DNA of 64,000 nt. Origin: an uncultured Alphaproteobacteria bacterium. GTDB taxonomy: Bacteria; Pseudomonadota; Alphaproteobacteria; RF32; CAG-239. Below, piece after piece: positions 38,548 through 46,568 of the stretch (the stretch's first letter is position 1; every line of letters begins with the position of its first letter). Under the pieces are notes generated by a model. It did no database searches. It was given only the letters and a program-made list of their open reading frames with translations, and was not told the DNA's origin. A program made the position numbers and the translations under genes. The stretch is from NCBI GenBank assembly GCA_934254925.1, contig CAKQMD010000003.1, positions 17,727 through 81,726 of the forward strand, given 5' to 3'.

Positions 38548-39240
38548 ATGATGATGAAAAAAGGAATAATATATTTCTCTTTGCTGATGAGCATCATGCT
38601 CTTGTTTTGCAATTATAATATTGCTATGGCCATTGACGGTTTTAACAGTATAACGAGAACGTCTGTTGAGGAGAAAACCGACAGTTTTACAGTAAAGAAG
38701 ATGCAATTGGATAGTGAAGGGAATTATACAGAAAAAACTGATACCTTCTATAAATCGGAAAATCCTTATTATCAAATCCAGTTAGAGCAGGCCAACAAAG
38801 ATTCAAAAAATATTTTTGATATAGAAAAATGGAATAGCTGGATGGCTCTTTGTAAGCAAAAAGGCAACTGTAATGGATCTAGTTCAACAACAACGTCTTC
38901 TGCATCGGAAGAAAATACAAAAACGCCGGCTCCCGGCAGTTCAAACAAAACGACAAGCAATCTGGTTTTGAACGGCTGCGGAGAGGGATCGGGATTGTTC
39001 AGTGGCTTGGTCAAGACCGGGAGCAACATCTTCTTGGGTCTAAGGGATTTGATTTATGTGGTCGCCGGCTTCGGCATCATCGGCGTTGCCGTCGGCGGCT
39101 TTTTCGGAAATTTGAATTGGAAGTGGCTGGGAGCGATCATCATCGGGCTGATCGTCATTGCCTCAACCGGCGAAATCATTGCCACTGTGACGGATTGCAA
39201 ACAATTTACCTCAACCGTCATTCAGGATACTTTGAAGTAG
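38548..39240 (+). CDS. VirB2-domain protein with ~140-aa N-terminal extension (230 aa)
   Basis: Signal peptide ...CNYNIAMA/IDG, then an S/T/N-rich extension. The C-terminus LIYVVAGFGIIGVAVGGFFGNLNWKWLGAIIIGLIVIASTGEII aligns residue for residue with the VirB2 hairpin. Three consecutive ATGs (38548/51/54) follow GGGAG, so the exact start is uncertain. Confidence 0.75.
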   Translation: MMMKKGIIYFSLLMSIMLLFCNYNIAMAIDGFNSITRTSVEEKTDSFTVKKMQLDSEGNYTEKTDTFYKSENPYYQIQLEQANKDSKNIFDIEKWNSWMALCKQKGNCNGSSSTTTSSASEENTKTPAPGSSNKTTSNLVLNGCGEGSGLFSGLVKTGSNIFLGLRDLIYVVAGFGIIGVAVGGFFGNLNWKWLGAIIIGLIVIASTGEIIATVTDCKQFTSTVIQDTLK

Positions 39241-39249
39241 GAGGGCGCC

Positions 39250-42200
39250 ATGTTAAATTTTGCACGGAAAATGATGAAAAATTCAATGCTTGGCCTGCTT
39301 CTTGCCATGGTAATAAGCTCTAACTGGGCTTTTGCTCAAATCGACGTGTCGAAAATCAGAGCCGATATGCAAAATACGATTGCCGAAAATATTCGGAACG
39401 AAGAAATAGAAGCGGCAAGCGAAAAGGATAGGATCAAAGGCAAGGTTACCGGCGTTACGGTAAAAGAACCCGATATAAACAAAATGCTGGAAAACGCCGC
39501 CAAAGACATGAACAAGCAGACGCAAAAAAATCAGGACAAGGTTGTTCGGAACCAGTCTGTTGAAAAGCAAAAAGATGCGGAAGCCAAGAAAGCGGCTTAT
39601 GAAGAATTACAGAAGGCTTGCAATGATTCTCCCGATACTTGTGACGCCGAGGCTTTGGCGCAGGCAAAACAGGAAGCCGATGCCGCTGCTTCTGAATCGG
39701 CGTTATATGGAGAAGCCGTCGATTTGATTGACCACCGTTACCAAGCCGGAGATCAATATTTCTCGGATGAAGATGAATATAATGCCTATTTGCAGGAAAA
39801 CCCGATCTATGATCCCGGCAAAGAACTGCTAAGCAAGGAAACAACGCCGACTTACGTCAAAACCGGCAACAACATCTTTTCCATTCTGACGCAGCGCATC
39901 ATGCGCATTCTCTTCGGTTTGAAAAAGATTGTTTACATTTTGGCCGGTTTCGGGTTGATTGGCTTTGCCTATGCCGCCGTATTCAATAAAATCAGCTGGA
40001 AATGGTTTGCCCAGATCGCCATCGGTTTGTTCCTGGTGGCCAACATGGGACGCTTCATCGAATATTTTGTCTTCAACGGCAACACGCCGGAATCAGAGCA
40101 AAAATTAAGCTACGGCGATTATCTGCACAAAGGCTTCGGCGATCCGACGCACAGTTGGGTGGATAAGCCGGTTGATCCCAATGCCGCATACAGCGAAAAG
40201 GCCGCGGCCAACGCTCCGAGCATGAGTGAGGAAGAAGCCAAAAAAGTCGAAGAAGAGGCCGAAAAGGCCAAAACCCGGAAGTTCTGCGGCAAGACGGCCG
40301 GCGTCAGCGGGTTTAAGAACTTCACCAACTGTATCAAGGATATTACCGCAACCGGTAAAAACGCCGCCAATGCTGCCAAAACGGCCGCCCAGACCGTCAA
40401 ACAGACAGTTGCCCGCGCTGAGCTGATCGGCTCTGCCGCCAAAAACATGGCTTTAGCCGTCAAAAACGCCGAAGGCAACGGAATTCACAAGATTTTCAGC
40501 GCCACGAAAGACATTGTTTCCAGTGCCAATTATATGGTGCAGACCGGTTCTGAAATGATCAACGACGTTTACAGCGGTACATCAAGTGTTGCCAACTCTT
40601 CGCAAAATCTCGGCAAGAGTACGGATCAAATTGACGAGCTGGAAACGCTTCGCCTTTCGGGAAAGAGCACCAATGCCGTCACCGGAATTTTGTCCGGCGG
40701 CGAGAACGGTAACTTCTTTTCGAATTTACAAAACAACGCTACCAATGTGGCGACGGCGTCGCAAGATGTGAACTCTTCCCTCCAGGTTTTAGGCTCTTCC
40801 GCTTATGATATTGCGGAACTGGGAGACCAAATTTTCAAGGGTGATCAAAAGCGTCAGCAACAGATTACGCAAAACCGCATTGATCGGGAAAACCAAGTGC
40901 AAAGGGAAACGGACGCTTATGATCAAAAAGTGAAAGAGGAGTTTGAGCAACAGCAAAGAGAGGAGCGCAGTGAAAAATTCCGTCAGGAAAATACGCCCGA
41001 CAAAGTGGCCGAGCGCAGCCAGCAGGCGTTGTCTCAAGCTTCCAAAGACGTTGAAAATGCGCAAAGCGACCTGAACAATAAACAAAATATCCTGGCTGAA
41101 AACAACGCCGCTTATGAAAACCTCCAAGCAGAACTGGAGAAAGCCAAAATCGCTGCTGAAGAAGCCGCGGAAAGGGCCAAGCGCAATCCTGATGATCTTC
41201 AGGCGCAAAGAGAAGCACAAGAGGCTGCCGACAAGGTCAAACTGACTCAGTTGGAGGCAGACCAGGCCAAATTGAAGGTTGATCAGGCGGCTTCTGCCGT
41301 TGCCGATGCCCAAAAGACGCTTAACGACAAAAAAGCATATCTGAGCGAGACGTCGCAAAAAACTTATGATGACGTCATAGCCGGCGCCGCTTATGACAAA
41401 GAGCAGGCGGAAGCGGCTTCCAAGCAGGCGGCTGCCGAGCTGGAAGCTTTGGAAAAAGACCGCCAGAACCAAGAAAACAGCGTGGATCAGGCGCGCAAAG
41501 CCGCCGAAGAAGCTGAGGCCAAAGCCCGTGCTAGCGGAAAAACGGAAGATATTTTGGCTGCCGATGAAGCGCGCCGGAAACAAGCCGAAGCGGAAGAGAA
41601 GTATAATGCCTATCTGCAAGAAATTGAAAAACAAAAGCAGTTGAAATATGAGGCCGACAATAAGAAGCTTGAAGCGGAAAAAACGCTCCTTGAAGGGAAA
41701 AACAACCATCCCCTGCAAAACAAGGACAAGTCGGAAAGCGCCAAGGCTTCTGAATTGTATGACAAATACTTCAAGCCGGAAGAACCGACCAAAGGAGAAG
41801 TTCGGGAAACGCCGGTAACGCGTTCTTCGCAAAGCACGGATATAGCGCTTAAAGCCAAGGCCGAAGCAGATGAGGCTCAAGCCGAGGCGGAAAGGCTGCA
41901 AAGCGATGCCGATGACCTTGCCGCGCAAATGAGAAACAAGCAGCAAGAAACCAAGGACCTTGAAAAAGACATTAAGGCCATGAAAAAGCAGTTGAGCGCC
42001 AATCCGAATGACGCCAATACCAAACGGGCGCTGAATGCGACGGAAAAGAGACTGGGATTGCTCAACAGTGAATACAACAAGCTGTCGCATGACTACGAGA
42101 ACGTCTCTTCCCAGGCCAAAACGGCCGCTTCCAAGGCCGCTGAGCTGCAAAAACCCCTGGACGGACTGTATGACCAGGCGACAAAAGACGCCGTTGCTGC

Positions 42201-43629
42201 TGCAACTTATAACAAAGAACAGGCGCAGACCAACTATGAAAAGGCCGAAAATTCGCTGAAAGAGCTGGAAGAGCGCCGCAGCGAGGAGGAGGAGAAGGTT
42301 AATGCCGCACGGGAAAACTATCAGCGTTTGGTTGCCGAAGCGCGGCAGAAACAGGATACCGCCTCGATTATGGCCGCGGAAAAAGCGCGGACGGATCTGA
42401 ATGCGGCCGAGTTTGCCTATTCTAACTACCTCGGTGAGATTCGCAATCAAACTCAGGTAAAGCAAGAGGCGGAGCAGCAGATTTACGATGCGGACATCAA
42501 GATCTCGCAGATTGAATCGCAATTGGCCAATTGGCGTTACCAGCAGAACAGCACGCCACAAACCCGCAGCGATACGGGCAAGAGCGAAAACAAAGAGCAA
42601 AGCAAGTCGACGGACGGAGACGATAAAAAGTCTGAAACCACGACAAAAAGCCGGGAAAATGAGAGCCCGACGGCTTTGATGGGCAATGAAGGCGCCATTA
42701 GCTCCGGCAGCTCCGAAGGCAATCTCATTACGCGGAGCGGCGGCAGTGAGAGCGCGGAAACGGCCGGCGGGTCTGACGACAATGTAACGACGGGCGGAAG
42801 CTCGCAAACCGCGGGAAGCTTCGGCAGCAGACAAAGTCAGACTGGTGACGACAAAACGCCGACGATAGACAAGAGCGGTTTGTTGACGCAAAACAGCGAC
42901 GTCATCAAAACCGAAACCTTAAAAGACGGGGCATTAGTCGGTGAATCGACGGTTTACGGCGATGAAGCGACGGCGATCAATTCCACCGGCGGTGAATACA
43001 ACAGCGGCATTCGCGGCACCAACTACTCGACGGGGTCGAGATATGTCGGCGGCGGAACAGTTTACGGCACAACCGGTTCGGGGGCTTATCGCAGCTATTC
43101 CGGCAGCAGCTATGACACTTGGCGCGATCGCTCTCGCAGCCCGGCCAATATCAACAGCGGCCGTAACCTGACGGCAGAAAGCGCCGCAGCCAGAGACGCT
43201 GCCGTTCGGGCTCAGGCTGATGCCGCTCTGGCCAACCAGGCGCAGATTGAAGCCGCTGCTCGGGCTTATGCCGAAAAAGAGGCTGAGGAGGAAGAAGCCT
43301 TGGCCGCCGAAACGGAAGCCGAATACCTTCGCCGGGCGGAAGAACAGCGGTTGATTGACGAAGAAAACGCTGCTTTGGCCGCAAAGGAGGCCGGCGAAAA
43401 GAACAATCTGCAGCTTCGCGGCCGGATTACCAAGGGACGTCAGGTGATTGACGTCGGAAAAGGTGCCCCTGCCAACGACGAAGCCGCCCGAGGCGAAAAG
43501 CCGGGTGCAACCCCTGCTGCAACAACGCCGCCGCAACCGGCCAATGAAAATGCAGCGCCGACGGCCGCCCCGACGGCTGACGGAACTATTCCAGCATCCG
43601 GGCGCATCACCCGCGGCAGCCGTCGCTGA
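39250..43629 (+). CDS. giant VirB2-domain fusion protein (1459 aa): signal peptide, acidic coil, VirB2 hairpin, >1100-aa coiled-coil and low-complexity tail
   Basis: Signal ...SSNWAFA/QIDV. Residues ~225-270 (VYILAGFGLIGFAYAAVFNKISWKWFAQIAIGLFLVANMGRFIEY) are the third copy of the VirB2 hairpin, including the (K/N)(I/L)(S/N)WKW loop. The remainder is Q/E/A/K heptad-rich plus S/G/T-rich segments. A GGAGGG RBS precedes the ATG, which lies 9 nt after the previous stop. Confidence 0.8.
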   Translation: MLNFARKMMKNSMLGLLLAMVISSNWAFAQIDVSKIRADMQNTIAENIRNEEIEAASEKDRIKGKVTGVTVKEPDINKMLENAAKDMNKQTQKNQDKVVRNQSVEKQKDAEAKKAAYEELQKACNDSPDTCDAEALAQAKQEADAAASESALYGEAVDLIDHRYQAGDQYFSDEDEYNAYLQENPIYDPGKELLSKETTPTYVKTGNNIFSILTQRIMRILFGLKKIVYILAGFGLIGFAYAAVFNKISWKWFAQIAIGLFLVANMGRFIEYFVFNGNTPESEQKLSYGDYLHKGFGDPTHSWVDKPVDPNAAYSEKAAANAPSMSEEEAKKVEEEAEKAKTRKFCGKTAGVSGFKNFTNCIKDITATGKNAANAAKTAAQTVKQTVARAELIGSAAKNMALAVKNAEGNGIHKIFSATKDIVSSANYMVQTGSEMINDVYSGTSSVANSSQNLGKSTDQIDELETLRLSGKSTNAVTGILSGGENGNFFSNLQNNATNVATASQDVNSSLQVLGSSAYDIAELGDQIFKGDQKRQQQITQNRIDRENQVQRETDAYDQKVKEEFEQQQREERSEKFRQENTPDKVAERSQQALSQASKDVENAQSDLNNKQNILAENNAAYENLQAELEKAKIAAEEAAERAKRNPDDLQAQREAQEAADKVKLTQLEADQAKLKVDQAASAVADAQKTLNDKKAYLSETSQKTYDDVIAGAAYDKEQAEAASKQAAAELEALEKDRQNQENSVDQARKAAEEAEAKARASGKTEDILAADEARRKQAEAEEKYNAYLQEIEKQKQLKYEADNKKLEAEKTLLEGKNNHPLQNKDKSESAKASELYDKYFKPEEPTKGEVRETPVTRSSQSTDIALKAKAEADEAQAEAERLQSDADDLAAQMRNKQQETKDLEKDIKAMKKQLSANPNDANTKRALNATEKRLGLLNSEYNKLSHDYENVSSQAKTAASKAAELQKPLDGLYDQATKDAVAAATYNKEQAQTNYEKAENSLKELEERRSEEEEKVNAARENYQRLVAEARQKQDTASIMAAEKARTDLNAAEFAYSNYLGEIRNQTQVKQEAEQQIYDADIKISQIESQLANWRYQQNSTPQTRSDTGKSENKEQSKSTDGDDKKSETTTKSRENESPTALMGNEGAISSGSSEGNLITRSGGSESAETAGGSDDNVTTGGSSQTAGSFGSRQSQTGDDKTPTIDKSGLLTQNSDVIKTETLKDGALVGESTVYGDEATAINSTGGEYNSGIRGTNYSTGSRYVGGGTVYGTTGSGAYRSYSGSSYDTWRDRSRSPANINSGRNLTAESAAARDAAVRAQADAALANQAQIEAAARAYAEKEAEEEEALAAETEAEYLRRAEEQRLIDEENAALAAKEAGEKNNLQLRGRITKGRQVIDVGKGAPANDEAARGEKPGATPAATTPPQPANENAAPTAAPTADGTIPASGRITRGSRR

Positions 43630-43650
43630 AATTAACTTATTATTCATAAA

Positions 43651-43692
43651 AAAGCGGTATACTGGAAAGAAGAACGGGATACCGTTTTTTTA
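43651..43692 (+). terminator. probable rho-independent terminator after the giant VirB2-fusion gene
   Basis: AAAGCGGTAT (43651-43660) pairs with ATACCGTTTT (43679-43688, one G-U pair) and is followed by TTTTTA. The loop is large (18 nt), so confidence is moderate. Confidence 0.45.
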
Positions 43693-43780
43693 TGCCCCGA
43701 TACTTGTTGAAAGAAGAGGGTTTGACTTGCATAAAAAAAAGATTGAGGTATCATAAACCTGCTTAAAAGAAGAGAAAATC

Positions 43781-44071
43781 ATGCGGGAAATGATCTTAAA
43801 AGCCGTGGCCAATCCGCCCAAGATTTTGTGGGGACCCTTTCTCCCCACCATGTTGAACATGGGCGTGCAGTTCCCGTTAATGTTCATGTTTCTCGGCACT
43901 TTTGACGTCAACCCGCTGTTTTTTATGGCGTCTTTGGTCGCCGTTCACTGTTTTGTCATCTTTTTAGGTGTCAAGGAACCGCATATTTCGGCCATGATCC
44001 AGGCCTACGGCCAGACAAACCGCACTACAACCAACCTGTATAAAGTAAAGGGGAAAAAATTTGCACCCTGA
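43781..44071 (+). CDS. virB3: VirB3/TrbD-like T4SS inner-membrane protein
   Basis: 96 aa with two hydrophobic segments and an N-terminal KAVANPPKILWGPF block. It is immediately upstream of VirB4 and overlaps it by 11 nt. Confidence 0.75.
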   Translation: MREMILKAVANPPKILWGPFLPTMLNMGVQFPLMFMFLGTFDVNPLFFMASLVAVHCFVIFLGVKEPHISAMIQAYGQTNRTTTNLYKVKGKKFAP

Positions 44072-46493
44072 TTTTGATTTTTTTGCGACGTTTGTTCAGG
44101 GGCTTTCCAGTTTGGAAGTCCTGGTTGCCGTTATCGGCTTTGTTTCGGCGGCAGCATTTGCCGGATTTTGGGCTACGAAATTCGGGCATGTCGTTTTGCC
44201 GGAACCTCGGGAATCTCGTGTTTCGGACTTTTTGCCGTTTAACAAGCTGTTGTCGGACGGCATCACCATTCGTTGCTATAACGGGTCTCTGGCCCGGGTC
44301 TTCAAGGTTGAAGGAATTGACTTGGCCTTTGTTACCGATGAAAAGGTAATGTCAATGCACGAGGCGCGCAAATCTTGGATTGACGGAATGTCGGACCTCA
44401 ATGTTTCTTGTCGGGTCATCACCTTGAGAGAGCGCATTCCTTTGGAGGAAGACGCCGGAGACTTTAATAATCAACTGCTGGAAAGCATTTCCCGGACCTG
44501 GCGCGACAATCTTGATCGGGTGTACAATAACAGCCACTACATTGTTTTGTCCGTTGTCGACCGGACAGATGCCTTGAAAGACCTCAACTATGCCTCCCAA
44601 GCTTTACTGGCAACGTTGAATGATTATGGCGTCAAAAGCCTTTATGAAGATGAAAATAGCCCGGCGGAAGAAAGTCCTTTGTCGGTGTTTTGCAAGATCT
44701 GCAGCCCGATTTCCAAACCCCTGCCGAAAGTTCGCGGCGCGGAAGGTGCGCATTTGAACGAACTTCTGACGGCAGACCATATTCATTTTACCGGCGAAAA
44801 GGGGTTGATCAAATATTTTTCCGGGGATCGGGAGATTTATGAAGTCGTCATGGGGATTCGCACCTCCGGCGATTATATGGATGAGGGAATGATTGCCTCT
44901 TTGCTGTCCATTGACTGCGAACTGACGCTTCTGCACAATATTATACCGATCTTTAAACCCCATGCCCGTGCTTTGCTGATGCAGCAGCAGCGTATGGCGA
45001 CGATGACCAGTTTTTCGCAAGACGTGGTGGAACAATACAGTGAAGCGCTTTCCGCCATTGAAGACAGCGACGCCGACCACCAGGCGCTCACCGAATATGC
45101 CATGGCCATTTTGTTGCGCGGTGAAAGTCAGGAAGAAATTGATTTCGGCGAAGGCGAAGTCCAAAGAATCTGCCGTTTGTACGGCGTTACCCCGGTGCGG
45201 GAAGGCTGGGTGGCCCAAGCGACTTTCTTCAACCAGTTTCCCACTTATGAAACGCTGCCGCGTACCTATCGTTATCTGTCGCGGGTTGTGGCGACGGCCA
45301 TTTCTTTTGACAAGCCTTCCGAAGGCTTTGGCAAGAGTGACTGGGGCAACGGCGCCATCTCAATCTTCAAAACCACCTCCGGTTCGGCCTATCGTTTTCA
45401 GTTTCACGTTTCTTCCGAGGATTCGGCGGTGGCTCACTGCTGCATTATCGGTCCGACCGGCCAAGGTAAAACGACTTTGCTGACTTTCCTGGCCGGGCAG
45501 GCGATGCGCCATCGGGATCTGAAGGTCTTCTTCTTCGACCGTCACCGCGGTGCCGAAATTTTCACCCGTTCGATCGGTGGCGCCTATATCGGTTTTGACG
45601 GCGACGACAAGAACGTTTCTCTTAATCCTTTTGACTGTGAAAACACGCCGGTAAACCGGGCATTTTTGCGGCGTTGGATGCGTTCGATCACCATGGTCGA
45701 CGATGCCGTTTCTGAAAAGGAAATTGCGCGTGCCGTTACCACGGCCTTTGATTATCTGCGGCCGGAAGAACGCATCATGACCAATCTGTATAAAAGTTGT
45801 TTTTCTCCGACAGGAAACATGCGGCGCGAATTGTTCAAATGGGTTAATCCTGATCAGTACGGCAACATTTTCAATGCCGATACGGATAGCCTGGATCTGA
45901 AGTCCAAACGTTTTATGGCTTTTGACTTTACGCATATTTTTGAGGACGAAGCTCTGGCGCCGGCGGTGATCAGCTACATCATGCACCGAATTCAGTCCGA
46001 AACCGGCGAGACCGGCGTTCCGTCGCTGATTATGATTGATGAAACCGCGCCGATGCTCAAACACCCGATGTTTAGGGACTACTTTATCATTGGTCTGCAA
46101 GAAGGGCGTAAAAAGCGTCAGGCTTATCTCTGCGCTTTCCAACAGCCGAACGTAATCGATAAGCTCGGCGTCGGCGAGGTCATCCGCGGCCAATGCCAAA
46201 CCGTTATCTTTTTCCGCAATCCGCAGGCCATGCCGGAAGACTACGTCAACTGGAACCTGACCCGCAGCGAAACTGACTTCATTTTCGGCAAAAGCTATCG
46301 CGATTTTCCTTATGCGATTTTGCTGTCGCGTCCTGCTACCGGTGAATCCGTCATTTTGGACGTGGATTTAAGCGGCCTGGGCCCCTATTTGAAGCTTTAC
46401 AACTCCGGCCGGAAAAACGTTTTGCTGGTGGAAGAATTGATCAAGGAATACGGAGAAGACAACTTTGTTACAAAATATTTAAATATTGCGTAA
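44061..46493 (+). CDS. virB4: VirB4/TrbE-like T4SS ATPase
   Basis: 810 aa with a TTG start. Walker A IGPTGQGKTTLL and Walker B SLIMIDETAPML. Conserved C-terminal blocks QEGRKKRQAYLCAFQQP and TVIFFRNPQA. Confidence 0.9.
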   Translation: MHPDFDFFATFVQGLSSLEVLVAVIGFVSAAAFAGFWATKFGHVVLPEPRESRVSDFLPFNKLLSDGITIRCYNGSLARVFKVEGIDLAFVTDEKVMSMHEARKSWIDGMSDLNVSCRVITLRERIPLEEDAGDFNNQLLESISRTWRDNLDRVYNNSHYIVLSVVDRTDALKDLNYASQALLATLNDYGVKSLYEDENSPAEESPLSVFCKICSPISKPLPKVRGAEGAHLNELLTADHIHFTGEKGLIKYFSGDREIYEVVMGIRTSGDYMDEGMIASLLSIDCELTLLHNIIPIFKPHARALLMQQQRMATMTSFSQDVVEQYSEALSAIEDSDADHQALTEYAMAILLRGESQEEIDFGEGEVQRICRLYGVTPVREGWVAQATFFNQFPTYETLPRTYRYLSRVVATAISFDKPSEGFGKSDWGNGAISIFKTTSGSAYRFQFHVSSEDSAVAHCCIIGPTGQGKTTLLTFLAGQAMRHRDLKVFFFDRHRGAEIFTRSIGGAYIGFDGDDKNVSLNPFDCENTPVNRAFLRRWMRSITMVDDAVSEKEIARAVTTAFDYLRPEERIMTNLYKSCFSPTGNMRRELFKWVNPDQYGNIFNADTDSLDLKSKRFMAFDFTHIFEDEALAPAVISYIMHRIQSETGETGVPSLIMIDETAPMLKHPMFRDYFIIGLQEGRKKRQAYLCAFQQPNVIDKLGVGEVIRGQCQTVIFFRNPQAMPEDYVNWNLTRSETDFIFGKSYRDFPYAILLSRPATGESVILDVDLSGLGPYLKLYNSGRKNVLLVEELIKEYGEDNFVTKYLNIA

Positions 46494-46508
46494 CGGCCAT
46501 AATAGTCG

Positions 46509-46537
46509 TTTATTAACATCCGATAATTTGCTATAAT
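46509..46537 (+). promoter_or_regulatory. candidate internal promoter (extended -10) upstream of the VirB5-like gene
   Basis: TGcTATAAT at 46529-46537, ending 31 nt before the ATG. The -35 is weak (TTTATT at 17-nt spacing). Confidence 0.35.
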
Positions 46538-46568
46538 AAATCATAGGAAAACTGTCGGGAGGAGGAAT

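Noticed and set aside
40789-42891. 700-aa minus-strand ORF inside the giant VirB2-fusion gene
   Set aside because: It is the antisense shadow of a GAA/GCC/AAG/CAG-rich coiled-coil coding region. Its translation is monotonous L/F/R/S-rich sequence with no start context. The + strand ORF has a signal peptide, a VirB2 hairpin, an RBS and coupling to its neighbours.
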